Virus record (IMG/VR): IMGVR_UViG_3300021197_001722
Length of the DNA: 64,000 nt
Reading direction: 5' to 3' (one strand)
Origin: an uncultured virus (IMG/VR IMGVR_UViG_3300021197_001722)
Lineage: Duplodnaviria > Heunggongvirae > Uroviricota > Caudoviricetes
Position 1 is the stretch's first letter. Each line of letters begins with the position of its first letter. Under the pieces are notes generated by a model. It was not told the origin of the DNA, did no database searches, and worked only from the letters and a program-made list of their open reading frames with translations. Shown here piece by piece: positions 17,667 through 28,066 of this stretch. The position numbers were made by a program, and so were the translations under genes.

Positions 17667-18537
17667 AGACAATATCAACACAAAGTTTCACTACATAGGA
17701 AGAATGGTTTCGGCTGCTGAAAATGTACATGCACAACCTTGGATGGAAAAAGATTTATACAAAGTGTATGATGTTCTTGATACATATCAGCCAGACATGT
17801 TGATTATAGGTTACGAAAATTTAAACCCAGATATTATTGAATATCTTAGCGAGTCTAATATATCACTAGTCGTTGATATTACTAATATAAACACAGAGAA
17901 CCTAAAAGAATTAGAATCTTTAATTGAAAGTAATAATATTAAATGTCAACTTTTTATAACAGAAAAAAAAGAACATGATAGTAAAATAAATACATTCGAG
18001 CTTAGTGCTTGCGCAGACATTGTAACGCCATATTCTGACCCAGTAGATTACAATCTAGAGGCGCTTCTTATATCTGAAACAGAAGAATATGATGACTCTT
18101 TGTTGTCTAAATTCAATAGTTACCATACTTGCTATGCACCTTCTAGTTTAGTTGTACCAATGAATACCCCAGACCTTACACCCGCTTATGATTTTGACTT
18201 TTTGTTAAACTCAAATCAACTAATAGGTCTTTACAATAAGTACGACCATGTTATAATTAATGGAAGTTTAGACTATTGTACTTCTCAGATATTTTTTGAC
18301 GCAACACTACGCGCAAAAAAGGTTACTCTCAACTATCCAGAAAAAGATAAAGATAAATTTATGGACTTTTTGAAGTCTACATTTATTGAATTTACTGAAG
18401 AACCCTCGTCAGATAAAATAAGACAACAGATTCACTTTAATCATACTTGTATAAATAGAGTTATGAAATTGTTAATTGCTCTAAATATGAAAGAAGAAGC
18501 TCAAAGCCTTTCTGCAAGACTTGGAGGCGGCCAATGA
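17641..18537 (+). CDS. Hypothetical protein, possibly a degenerate GT-B
   Basis: QPDMLII and C-terminal HTCINRV resemble CgeB-like glycosyltransferases. Confidence 0.55.
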   Translation: MKIIIQENKDNINTKFHYIGRMVSAAENVHAQPWMEKDLYKVYDVLDTYQPDMLIIGYENLNPDIIEYLSESNISLVVDITNINTENLKELESLIESNNIKCQLFITEKKEHDSKINTFELSACADIVTPYSDPVDYNLEALLISETEEYDDSLLSKFNSYHTCYAPSSLVVPMNTPDLTPAYDFDFLLNSNQLIGLYNKYDHVIINGSLDYCTSQIFFDATLRAKKVTLNYPEKDKDKFMDFLKSTFIEFTEEPSSDKIRQQIHFNHTCINRVMKLLIALNMKEEAQSLSARLGGGQ

Positions 18538-19340
18538 AACAGATAATTCAAACAGAATGTGGAAATCTAAACATTGAAGTTAGCAGGACGGTATCTTTAG
18601 TTAAGGATTATCCAAGACAACTACCAGATGATACCTATAAAATATATTGGGTCTGTGAGCCAAGAGCTATGCTTTCAGCTTGCGGTAATCTAAATAACAG
18701 CGCAATCAAAGCTGTAGCCTCAAGTTTTGATGCTGTACTAACTTACGACGACGAGTTGTTAGAATTGCCAAATGCTCACAATTTTGTTTATGGTACTTGT
18801 TGGCTGAGAGACAACATGTCTGGTGCAGACTATGAGTATAGAGATAAAAAATTTCAAATATCTCATCTTGTGGGTGGTAAAAATGCGGCTGAAGGTCATA
18901 GTATAAGACATTATGTTTATGATAATCAGTTGTCAATAAATAATCCAATTGATTTTTATATCAGTAGAAGACTTCCAAGATCAAACACTTTTAGTAATAA
19001 AGTTATTGGCGAATTTAAATACGACCTGTTTGATTCAGAGTATCACCTAGCAATTGAAAACTCAAGACAAAAAAACTACTTCACAGAAAAAGTTATTGAT
19101 TGTTTCTACGCAAAAACAATACCTATTTATTACGGATGCCCGAACATAGGAGATTACTTTGACACACAGGGTATGATTATCGTTAATTCTGCACAAGAAG
19201 CTATAGAAGCATGTAATTCTATTGATGAAAATTATTACAAATCGAAAATAGAACACATAGAAAGAAACTATGAACTTTGTCAAAAATATGTAAACATTGT
19301 GCCTAGACTTGAAAATAAAATAATGGAGCTTGTTAAATGA
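18534..19340 (+). CDS. GT10-like (alpha-1,3-fucosyltransferase family) protein
   Basis: LAIENS...NYFTEKVIDCF..TIPIYYG is the GT10 signature. Confidence 0.8.
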   Translation: MKQIIQTECGNLNIEVSRTVSLVKDYPRQLPDDTYKIYWVCEPRAMLSACGNLNNSAIKAVASSFDAVLTYDDELLELPNAHNFVYGTCWLRDNMSGADYEYRDKKFQISHLVGGKNAAEGHSIRHYVYDNQLSINNPIDFYISRRLPRSNTFSNKVIGEFKYDLFDSEYHLAIENSRQKNYFTEKVIDCFYAKTIPIYYGCPNIGDYFDTQGMIIVNSAQEAIEACNSIDENYYKSKIEHIERNYELCQKYVNIVPRLENKIMELVK

Positions 19341-19978
19341 AATCAACTTTATGTATAACCTGCTGGACAAAAGATGTACACCTTGTGGATAGATGTATCA
19401 AGTCTTTTGATACTCAAACAAGAAAGCCAGATGAAATTATCGTTATTGGCAACGGACTAAAAGAAATCCCTACAAACTACGACGTTAAAACATTCTGTTG
19501 CGAAGAACCTCAGTCTGTAAGCTGGTCTAGAAATAAAGCCTCAGAGATTGCAACGGGCGATATAATTATCTACTTTGACGTTGACGACCTACCACACGAC
19601 CAAAAAGTAGAATTAATTATGGAAGCTTTTGAGTCAAACGAAGAAGTAGATGCTGTAGTACATGCGTTTACCTATAATAAACCTTACACATTTTCTTATC
19701 CAAATCTTAAAATGACTAAAGTAACAAAGTTTATTAAGGATCATGTCACAGATGAAAGAGATAAGTTCTCTGTTTCTCACGGTCATATCTCGTTAAAAAA
19801 AGAAATACTACAAGAAGTTAAGTACGATGAATCTAAAAGGTGGGGAGAAGATGCTGACTTTTGTAGACGTTTGTTTGAGAAGTATAGTCTTTACAGACTA
19901 AAGCATAAACTGTTGGCTTATAAACCTAGCTATAGAGATTCTAACAGGTCTTGGTACTATGTACCGGAGGGTAGCTGA
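19337..19978 (+). CDS. GT2 family glycosyltransferase
   Basis: QTRKPDEIIV, SRN..A..ATGD, FDVDD and GEDADF motifs. Confidence 0.85.
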   Translation: MKSTLCITCWTKDVHLVDRCIKSFDTQTRKPDEIIVIGNGLKEIPTNYDVKTFCCEEPQSVSWSRNKASEIATGDIIIYFDVDDLPHDQKVELIMEAFESNEEVDAVVHAFTYNKPYTFSYPNLKMTKVTKFIKDHVTDERDKFSVSHGHISLKKEILQEVKYDESKRWGEDADFCRRLFEKYSLYRLKHKLLAYKPSYRDSNRSWYYVPEGS

Positions 19979-20691
19979 TGAAATTTCTAATGCAATTTCC
20001 AACAGCGTTTAGGCCAAAAAAGTTTATGGAATGTCTAGGTGTTTATCTAGATACCTACAGTGGTAATCATCATCTACACTTTAATATTGTTTGCGATGTT
20101 GATGATGAATCTATGAACAACTCCGAAGTTGTAAGTAATATTCATTCTTTATTTAAGGATAGGAAAAATATATCTTTTAAACTTTACTTTGATAAAGATA
20201 CCAATAAAATTAGTGCAATCAACTCTCACCTAGATGATATTGTAGAGCAATATGATATTGTATACTGCGTGTCTGATGACATGATACCGCAGGTTAATGA
20301 TTGGGACGAGATTATAGCGAGCGCTATGCAGGAAAACTTCCCAGAACTAGATGGATGTATTCATATCAATACTGGAGATAGAGACTTTTGGACAGACTGG
20401 ACAGAAGTTATTACGCTTTCTATACTGGGTCGTAATCTTTACAAAGAATTTGGGTATATTTACCATCCAGCGTATAAATCTTTTTACTGTGATGACGAGT
20501 TTAGCGCTATAATGCATATGAAGGACAAGATATTTAGAATAGACGAAAAGATTGTTCGCCATGAACATTGCCAGCATAAAGATAATAGAAACTCTGGAAC
20601 TATTGATAAAGGTGTTGAAGTCAATAACAAAAACTGGTTTATTGATGAAGCAACTTTTAAAAAAAGAAAAGCACAAGGATTTCCTAAATGA
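19978..20691 (+). CDS. GT-A (GT2-like) glycosyltransferase
   Basis: KISAIN, VSDDM and YKSFYCDDE motifs. Confidence 0.7.
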   Translation: MKFLMQFPTAFRPKKFMECLGVYLDTYSGNHHLHFNIVCDVDDESMNNSEVVSNIHSLFKDRKNISFKLYFDKDTNKISAINSHLDDIVEQYDIVYCVSDDMIPQVNDWDEIIASAMQENFPELDGCIHINTGDRDFWTDWTEVITLSILGRNLYKEFGYIYHPAYKSFYCDDEFSAIMHMKDKIFRIDEKIVRHEHCQHKDNRNSGTIDKGVEVNNKNWFIDEATFKKRKAQGFPK

Positions 20692-21326
20692 ACGTAATAT
20701 CGTTTAGTTTGTGGGGTAATGTTGAAAGATACCACTTAGGTGTTTACGAAAATATAAGACTTGCAAAAGAGATATTTCCAGATTTTAATATAATATTGTA
20801 TTATGACGACAGTGTTCCGATAGATAGAATAAAAAATCTAGAAAACGAGAGTGTCATATTGACAAATGCAACCGATATTCAATGTAACTCTATGATGTGG
20901 AGATTTTTGGCAGCAGATACAGATGGGGTCTTTTTATCAAGAGATTTAGATTCTAGATTAGACTATAGAGAAAAATATGCAGTGGAAGAATGGCTAAGTG
21001 GAGATAAAGATTTCCATATAATGAGAGATCACCAACAACACTCTGTAAAAATTTTAGGAGGTATGTGGGGTTGTCGCAACGGAATACTAAAAAACATAAA
21101 AGAGCTTGTTTATTCTTTTTCAGAAATAGATTTAAAAAACTTATATAAGGTTCAGGTGGATCAATCATTCTTACAGAAAGTTATTTATCCTATGATAAAA
21201 GACAATTGTATAATTCACGATGAATTTTTTGATAAAAAACCTTTTCCAGAAAAATCACCAAAGAGAACAAACACGTACTTTGTTGGGCAGTCATACGATG
21301 AATATAATAATCCGGTATATCAATAA
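20688..21326 (+). CDS. Putative GT-A glycosyltransferase
   Basis: ISFSLWG, MMWRFL, SRDLDSR (DxD), MRDH and ILGGMWG motifs. Confidence 0.65.
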   Translation: MNVISFSLWGNVERYHLGVYENIRLAKEIFPDFNIILYYDDSVPIDRIKNLENESVILTNATDIQCNSMMWRFLAADTDGVFLSRDLDSRLDYREKYAVEEWLSGDKDFHIMRDHQQHSVKILGGMWGCRNGILKNIKELVYSFSEIDLKNLYKVQVDQSFLQKVIYPMIKDNCIIHDEFFDKKPFPEKSPKRTNTYFVGQSYDEYNNPVYQ

Positions 21327-22159
21327 TGAAAATACTCTATATACAAGAAAACGGTAGACACGAAAAAAATAGAAACTTTAGAGAGTGCTTGTCTTTGCAA
21401 CGCGCTACTATTTATAATGGACATGAAGCAGATGTTTGGGGATTAAATCATGAAGGTTGGCAGCAATTACCAGACTGGGAGTCTTATGACCTAATTGTTA
21501 ATTTAGAAAACTATGACTCTACGGGGTGGGTTCCTAACTTAAATAAGGTACAAACTAAGAAATTTTTGTGGTCAATAGATGCTCACGTTAGAGGTATGGC
21601 TCCATACCTAAAAACAGCGCACGATGGAAACTACGATCTTATATTACAATCCACGCCGGAATATGTAGATCAAAATAGTGTTTGGTTTCCAAACTGTTAC
21701 GATGACGATTTAGTTAAACCTTTAAGTATAAATAAATCACATGATATTGGATTTTGCGGAAACGTTGCGAATAGAAGATCACAAATTAACTTTATGATTA
21801 ACAATCATCACATGAAATTTGATGAGATGGTAATTGGCAAAGATATGGTGGAAGCAATAAACTCATATAAAATACATTGGAATTTAAATATTTTAAACGA
21901 CATAAATTATAGAAACTTTGAAACAATGGGCTGTAAGACGCTTCTTCTAACATCGCCAAACGAGCATTATGAAAAATTAGGCTTTATGAATGAACGTAAT
22001 TATATTGAATGGTCAAATATTGATGAAATTAATAACACCCTAAAAGAATTACTATCCGACGAAAACAAAATAAAAGAAATAGCTGAAGCTGGATATGAAT
22101 TAGTAAAAAGTAATCACACATATAAACATAGGACAAAGGCCATACTGGAGATGATATGA
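21326..22159 (+). CDS. CgeB/Glyco_trans_1_2-like glycosyltransferase
   Basis: INYRNFETMGC..LLLT; IAEAGYELV..HTYKHR. Confidence 0.8.
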   Translation: MKILYIQENGRHEKNRNFRECLSLQRATIYNGHEADVWGLNHEGWQQLPDWESYDLIVNLENYDSTGWVPNLNKVQTKKFLWSIDAHVRGMAPYLKTAHDGNYDLILQSTPEYVDQNSVWFPNCYDDDLVKPLSINKSHDIGFCGNVANRRSQINFMINNHHMKFDEMVIGKDMVEAINSYKIHWNLNILNDINYRNFETMGCKTLLLTSPNEHYEKLGFMNERNYIEWSNIDEINNTLKELLSDENKIKEIAEAGYELVKSNHTYKHRTKAILEMI

Positions 22160-22896
22160 AAGTAGAAGTTTTAAACGGAGAAATAATGGAAAAACTTTTC
22201 ATACACCATCACCTTGGACTAGGTGATCACTTAGATTGTAATGGTCTAGTTAGATTTATCTTAGAAAAAAACCCAACAGAAAAAGTCTATGTGTTTTCTA
22301 AATCTAATTATTACAGTATGATAGAATATATGTATCGTGATACAGAAAATATTGAAGTTATTAAGATTAGCAAAGAAGATGAGTATGGCGATGTCGCTAA
22401 AGCTGTAGAGAAAGAAAATGGCAAACTAATAGTAATTGGTCATCAACACTATCCCGGAAAACAAGCAGAACTAAATCAAAATAAAAATTGTTGGGAATTT
22501 TTCTATGATCAGGTTGACATTCCCTATAATGTGCGTTATAATTACTTTTATGTAGAGAGAGATATTGCAGAAGAAGAAAGGGTCTATAATAAACTGAACC
22601 CAAATAACGAGCCATTTATATTTATTCACGAAGACGCCGCCCGTGGATTTACTTTGGATAGAAGTAAGTTTCTAAATAATAATCTTAAAGTAATTGAAAA
22701 CGACGTTACCGAGAACATATTTCACTTTACAAAAATTCTAGAACAAGCCCAAGAAATTCATTGTATGGAGAGTTCTTTCAAGACACTTATTGACTTCTAC
22801 TGTAAGCAAGAAAATCTGTTCTATCATGATATTCGAGAAAGTCAACCTCTAGGAGACTATAGCTCACCAAACTGGAAAGTACTTAAATATACATGA
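22156..22896 (+). CDS. Putative glycosyltransferase (GT9-like GLGD motif)
   Basis: HHHLGLGDHL and EIHCMESSF motifs. Alternative start ATG 22186 has a GGAG RBS. Confidence 0.55.
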   Translation: MKVEVLNGEIMEKLFIHHHLGLGDHLDCNGLVRFILEKNPTEKVYVFSKSNYYSMIEYMYRDTENIEVIKISKEDEYGDVAKAVEKENGKLIVIGHQHYPGKQAELNQNKNCWEFFYDQVDIPYNVRYNYFYVERDIAEEERVYNKLNPNNEPFIFIHEDAARGFTLDRSKFLNNNLKVIENDVTENIFHFTKILEQAQEIHCMESSFKTLIDFYCKQENLFYHDIRESQPLGDYSSPNWKVLKYT

Positions 22897-23747
22897 TTAG
22901 TTTAATTAATTACAACTGGATGCCAACAATAGCTAATCACGTTTTAGATTTAACAGAAGAGTTTTATAGGACGGCTGGTGTTAGTAGGTTACACAGTCAT
23001 TCAGGTTTCAAACCAGAAGATGTAAAAGAGAATGATATAGTATTTGTCAAAACAGATTATATTTACAACCAAACATTCCAAAAGTTATACTTACCAAAGA
23101 TTAAGAATAAATTTATCTTAATTAGTGGTATTTCTTCATATAATGTAGTTGGTAAAGAGCAGGAGATCCTAGATAGCGGTAAACTTAAACTATGGTTTTG
23201 CACAAATCCTCCATGTAGACATGATCTAATAGTACCGCTACCAATCGGTTTTGAAGAAAAGGAGCGTATTGGTGGAAATCAAGAGATTTTAAATGACGCG
23301 AAGAGAAATGCTGTTAGCTGGCACAATAAATCAGACAAGCTATATCTTCCATACCATGACGTTGGTACAAATCCGAACAGAGACAAAGAGATTGCAGAAT
23401 TAGCTGCTTTAGATTTTGTAGAAGTAGAAACACAAAAATTGCCATTCGCTGACTATCTTAAAAAATTAGGAAACTATAAGTATGTTCTTTGTTTATCTGG
23501 TGCGGGTTATGACACACACAGAAACTATGAAGTTCTTTTAGTTGGCTCAACACCTGTTATGCTAAACACACCACTTAAAACAGTATTTGATCACTATAAT
23601 CTACCATCTATATTCTTAAAAAGCTGGGAAACGCTAGAGTCAAGCTATAGGAATCTCATGATTAAAAACAAGCACAATTGGGATGTAACGGATTTTCTAA
23701 ATGTAAACAAACATAAGGAAAGGATATTAAAATATGCCAAAAATTGA
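22893..23747 (+). CDS. Exostosin/GT47-like glycosyltransferase domain protein
   Basis: YKYVLCLSGAGYDTHRNYEVLLVGSTPV. Confidence 0.6.
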   Translation: MISLINYNWMPTIANHVLDLTEEFYRTAGVSRLHSHSGFKPEDVKENDIVFVKTDYIYNQTFQKLYLPKIKNKFILISGISSYNVVGKEQEILDSGKLKLWFCTNPPCRHDLIVPLPIGFEEKERIGGNQEILNDAKRNAVSWHNKSDKLYLPYHDVGTNPNRDKEIAELAALDFVEVETQKLPFADYLKKLGNYKYVLCLSGAGYDTHRNYEVLLVGSTPVMLNTPLKTVFDHYNLPSIFLKSWETLESSYRNLMIKNKHNWDVTDFLNVNKHKERILKYAKN

Positions 23748-24123
23748 AGTATCTGTTGGAGAATTAATTGATAAGATAACGATCCTGCAAATCAAGCAGG
23801 ACAACATTACCGATCAAAATAAGCTAAAACATATCCAAATCGAATTGGATATTTTAACTAATACAGTTAAAGAAGAAGGTATTGAAATTCCTCAAGAAAT
23901 GATTCGTAAGTTACGAAAAATAAATCAAGAACTCTGGGATGCAGAAGATATTATTAGGGACTGCGAAAACAGAGAAGATTTCGGTGAAGACTTTGTAAAA
24001 TGCGCAAGACTAGATGCTATCTTAAATGACAAGCGTTTCCTTGCCAAAAACGATATCAATAATTTCACTAACTCTCTAGTAAAGGAGCAAAAGTCTTATG
24101 AGGGACTTTATACCTCAAATTGA
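23734..24123 (+). CDS. DUF6165-like protein
   Basis: VSVGELIDKITILQIK...INQELWDAEDIIR...NDKR...KEQKSY. Confidence 0.75.
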   Translation: MPKIEVSVGELIDKITILQIKQDNITDQNKLKHIQIELDILTNTVKEEGIEIPQEMIRKLRKINQELWDAEDIIRDCENREDFGEDFVKCARLDAILNDKRFLAKNDINNFTNSLVKEQKSYEGLYTSN

Positions 24124-25195
24124 ACCTTGGATAGACCAAGTTGAATTACATCACTTGAAACAGGTTATAGAAAGCACATATGTCACAGAACATGCTATGA
24201 CCGAACAGTTTGAGCAAATGATTAAAATTTTAACTAATTCTGACCATGCGGTTTCTACAACAAATGGAACCGCTGGTTTATTTTGCTGCCTGAAAGCGCT
24301 TGGTATTGGGCCGGGAGATGAAGTAATTGTACCAAACATTACATTTATTGCATCGTCAAACGCTGTAATTATGGCTGGTGCTACGCCCGTTTTTTGTGAA
24401 GTGAATGATAAGAATTTTTGTATTGATACTAACGACGCACAAAGAGTGGTAACGGATAAGACAAAGGCAGTGATGCCCGTTCACCTGTATGGACAGAGTT
24501 GCGACATGGATAGTGTTTTAGATTTTGCTCTCCTCAACAATCTATTTGTGATTGAAGATGCGGCTCAAGGAGTTGGTGTGAGATTTAATAGAAAACACAC
24601 AGGAACCTTTGGTCATCTTGGAATATTGTCGTTTTACGGTAATAAAACAATCACATGCGGTGAAGGCGGTGTTGTACTAACTAACTCATCAAAACTAAAA
24701 GACACTGTGTATCAACTAAAAAATCACGGCAGACTTAAAAAGGGCCAGTTCGTTCACGAAGCTATTGGTTATAATTTTAGCTTTACGGAAATGCAGGCTG
24801 CTGTTGGTGTAGCTCAACTTAAAAAACTATCAGCTATCAAGAGTAGGAAAAAGTCGATACACGACAACTATATGAAATCTTTTGCCTCAATCAGCGATAA
24901 GCTCAAACCAATATGGGTAGATAAACGTTGCGATCCAGTGTGGTGGTTCACTTCGTTCCTTACTGACCAAAGAGAGGAGCTTGCTGAATATCTACTAGAT
25001 AAAGGTGTACAGACCAGAAAGTTCTTCTGCCCCCTACATATGCAACCATGTTATGATTTTATGGACTTTGACAGATCAAAGTTTACTATTAGTGAAAAAG
25101 CATACAAAGAAGGAATTTCTCTTCCATCTGCATACAATCTATCACAAAAAGAACAAGATTACATCATAAACTTAATTACGGAATTTTTTAAATGA
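24098..25195 (+). CDS. DegT/DnrJ PLP aminotransferase, GDP-perosamine synthase-like
   Basis: NGT, PVHLYG, EDAAQ and SFYGNKTITCGEGG (catalytic Lys retained). Confidence 0.85.
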   Translation: MRDFIPQIEPWIDQVELHHLKQVIESTYVTEHAMTEQFEQMIKILTNSDHAVSTTNGTAGLFCCLKALGIGPGDEVIVPNITFIASSNAVIMAGATPVFCEVNDKNFCIDTNDAQRVVTDKTKAVMPVHLYGQSCDMDSVLDFALLNNLFVIEDAAQGVGVRFNRKHTGTFGHLGILSFYGNKTITCGEGGVVLTNSSKLKDTVYQLKNHGRLKKGQFVHEAIGYNFSFTEMQAAVGVAQLKKLSAIKSRKKSIHDNYMKSFASISDKLKPIWVDKRCDPVWWFTSFLTDQREELAEYLLDKGVQTRKFFCPLHMQPCYDFMDFDRSKFTISEKAYKEGISLPSAYNLSQKEQDYIINLITEFFK

Positions 25196-26349
25196 TACCA
25201 CTTGTAAAAGATACAATTTCAAACCAAGAAATCGACATGCTCATCGAATGGTTAAAGACATACCCTAGATTGACCAAGGGCGATTTAACTGTGAAATTTG
25301 AAAAGCTGTGGGCAGAGAAGATAGGGTCTAAATACTCTGTATTTGTAAACTCTGGCTCTTCTGCAAACCTTCTAATGCTCTACTCATTAATTGAAGCTAA
25401 GAAGATTGTAGCGGGTGATAAAGTTGTTGTTCCCGCTGTTGCTTGGGCTACAGACCTAGCTCCTGTTTGTCAGCTTGGATTACAGCCAGTTCTTTGTGAT
25501 TGTAACAAAGATGATCTGTCTGTTGACTTAGAAAAACTAGAAGAAATTTTTAAGAATGAATCTCCCAAGGTTCTAATGTTGGTTTCTGTACTTGGTTTAG
25601 TCCCACTAATGGATCAAGTCGTAGATCTCTGTAATAGATATGATGTTACGCTATTAGAAGATGCGTGTGAATCTGTCGGATCTAGTTTTCACAAAAAAAA
25701 TCTAGGTACTTTCGGCTTAATGTCATCATTCTCAACATATTTTGGTCATCACTTCTCCACCATAGAGGGTGGATTTATTTGCACCGACGATCAAGATATG
25801 TATAATACTCTCAAATGTCTAAGAAGTCACGGTTGGGATAGAGATACAGACGAGTATTTTAGAACAGACTTGAGAAAGACTTTTTTGGTTCCAGACGGTT
25901 TCGATTCGCTTTATAAATTTTATATGATGGGTTTTAATTTTCGATCAACTGATCTTAGCGCATTTCTTGGAATTAATCAGCTTAATAAATATAATGAGGT
26001 TGTAAAAATCCGAAATCGGAACTATAATATGTATCAGCAACTATTAACATGTGTAGACTGGAAACCACACGAATCAACAGAGGATAGATATGTATCAAAT
26101 TTTGCCTTCCCGGTTATATCTAGAAATAGACGCAAGATTGTAGAAAACTTACAAGTAAGTGGAGTTGAAACAAGACCTCTTATATGTGGATCATTAGAAA
26201 AGCAACCATTTTGGGTTAAGAATTTTATTCAAAAAGATAGACTACGTAATGCTGATATTGTTCATGATCATGGTTTTTACCTACCCAACAATACAGATAT
26301 AACAGAAGAAGAAATTAAACTAATATGTTCTATTGTTGAGAAATCATAG
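25192..26349 (+). CDS. GDP-4-keto-6-deoxymannose 3-dehydratase (ColD/E1-like)
   Basis: VNSGSSANL, EDACES, STYFGHHFSTIEGG (His at the usual Lys position) and RSHGW motifs. Confidence 0.8.
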   Translation: MIPLVKDTISNQEIDMLIEWLKTYPRLTKGDLTVKFEKLWAEKIGSKYSVFVNSGSSANLLMLYSLIEAKKIVAGDKVVVPAVAWATDLAPVCQLGLQPVLCDCNKDDLSVDLEKLEEIFKNESPKVLMLVSVLGLVPLMDQVVDLCNRYDVTLLEDACESVGSSFHKKNLGTFGLMSSFSTYFGHHFSTIEGGFICTDDQDMYNTLKCLRSHGWDRDTDEYFRTDLRKTFLVPDGFDSLYKFYMMGFNFRSTDLSAFLGINQLNKYNEVVKIRNRNYNMYQQLLTCVDWKPHESTEDRYVSNFAFPVISRNRRKIVENLQVSGVETRPLICGSLEKQPFWVKNFIQKDRLRNADIVHDHGFYLPNNTDITEEEIKLICSIVEKS

Positions 26350-26359
26350 GAGAAGAAAA

Positions 26360-27277
26360 GTGATAGATATTTCATTACAAAATCATGCAGAACTTTATTT
26401 TGATTATAGAAAAGGTTTAAAATTTTTAAGTAACATTAAAGATGAAGACTATGACTACCCTGATGAAAAGGTAAATTTTCATATTTATACAGAAGTAAAT
26501 AACGACAAGGAACTTGAATGTGTCAAGTCCTTTCTAGCTACACAGAATCTTGAAAAGACAAAGCTAATACTGTGGTCAGATTATGACATCTCTGACAACG
26601 AGCTTTTGAAACCATACATGGATTATATAGAACTCAAGGTGTACGACGCAAGAGCAGAAGCGATAGGAACTCCACTAGAATACGAACACGCAAAACTCGA
26701 CGCATCTGACAGTAAACACTATTTAAGGTCAGACTTGTTTAGAATACTAATCCTACACAAGTACGGAGGCGTTTGGGCCGATATGGATATTGTATTTTTA
26801 AGAGACTTTAAACCTATCTTAGATCAAGAATATATGTACCAGTGGGGTTCTGAAACCAACTATGGAGTGGAAGGTGCTTGTGCGACTATACTTGCGCTGA
26901 AAAAACAAAGTGAATTTTCTTACAAGTTGCTAGAGACATTGAAGACAATGCCAACTTTAGCTGACAGTACGATCTGGGGTAAAGATATGTTTGCAAAACT
27001 GTGGCGTGAATGGCCTAATTTTACAATCTTCCCGTCAACATTTTTCAACACAGAGTGGTTAATTAGTAAGGTGGATAGACCTCTGAGCGAGGACTTGGAA
27101 AACGACTGGTTCTACAATCGAAAAAACACAGCTAAGGATAATCTATTCTTAGAAGCGTTCGCTTGGCATTGGCACAATTCTTCTAAAAAGACATATCCAA
27201 TTCAAAAAGACTCTAAATTTGACTTACTAAGAAATATAACAGATAAGTTACTACAACAAAAAGGAATAGACACATGA
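26360..27277 (+). CDS. GT32/OCH1-like DxD glycosyltransferase
   Basis: SDLFRILILHKYGGVWADMD. Likely start is GTG 26360 after AGGAG. Confidence 0.8.
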   Translation: MIDISLQNHAELYFDYRKGLKFLSNIKDEDYDYPDEKVNFHIYTEVNNDKELECVKSFLATQNLEKTKLILWSDYDISDNELLKPYMDYIELKVYDARAEAIGTPLEYEHAKLDASDSKHYLRSDLFRILILHKYGGVWADMDIVFLRDFKPILDQEYMYQWGSETNYGVEGACATILALKKQSEFSYKLLETLKTMPTLADSTIWGKDMFAKLWREWPNFTIFPSTFFNTEWLISKVDRPLSEDLENDWFYNRKNTAKDNLFLEAFAWHWHNSSKKTYPIQKDSKFDLLRNITDKLLQQKGIDT

Positions 27278-28014
27278 AATTACAAGAATTAGCCAAAACT
27301 CATAGAACAGACAAGTTGCAGCATGGATACCTAAGTATATACGACTCTTTATTTTCAAAGTTTAAAGATAAAGAAATAAACTTTCTAGAAATTGGAGTGT
27401 ATACAGGCGAATCAGCGTCTCTCTGGGAAGCTTATTTTAGCTGCGCGAACATTTTTATGTTGGATATCTTTGATAAAACTGCAATATTGTCTGATTGCAA
27501 TGTAAATTTTTTTAGGGGCGACTCTGCCAGCGCAGAAGATGTTACAAAACTGATAGAATACGCAAAAGAAAAAAGCAAAAAAGATACATTTGATATTATC
27601 ATAGACGACGGATCTCATTTTCAGTATGATCAAATGAATGGGATTGGAAATCTCTTCCATCATGTGTCGGACGGTGGTTGTTATATCGTTGAAGACATCT
27701 GTAAAGAAGAGGATCTTAGAAGTGGTTCTATGTGGTGGGGTCATAGAGGCGAACCTCACCATGCAGTAAGAGGGTCTTGTCATTTCGGTTCTCAATTAAG
27801 AACAGATGAAGAGTGGCTTGCGGGAGATAAAATTGACTATTCTGCTAGCACCGATGCCACGATAAAGAAGTTTGTTGAAACAAAAGTATTTTGCAGTAAA
27901 TATCTATCAGAAGATCAAAATGCATATATTACTAATAATACCAAGACCCTAGAATATTACTCAGACGCTAATGGTTTAACATGTGAATCTAAATTAGCAG
28001 TTTTTGAAAAATGA
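27274..28014 (+). CDS. Class I SAM sugar O-methyltransferase (MycE/Methyltransf_24-like)
   Basis: TDK..HGY, LEIGV, DIIIDDGSH and YIVED motifs. Confidence 0.85.
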   Translation: MKLQELAKTHRTDKLQHGYLSIYDSLFSKFKDKEINFLEIGVYTGESASLWEAYFSCANIFMLDIFDKTAILSDCNVNFFRGDSASAEDVTKLIEYAKEKSKKDTFDIIIDDGSHFQYDQMNGIGNLFHHVSDGGCYIVEDICKEEDLRSGSMWWGHRGEPHHAVRGSCHFGSQLRTDEEWLAGDKIDYSASTDATIKKFVETKVFCSKYLSEDQNAYITNNTKTLEYYSDANGLTCESKLAVFEK

Positions 28015-28016
28015 TG

Positions 28017-28046
28017 TTGACAAAATTTATTTCCTAAAACTATATT
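28017..28046 (+). promoter_or_regulatory. Probable sigma70 promoter upstream of fcl
   Basis: TTGACA (28017-28022), 18-bp spacer, TATATT (28041-28046). AAGGAGG RBS follows. Confidence 0.6.
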
Positions 28047-28066
28047 AATAGTAAGGAGGATTATAT

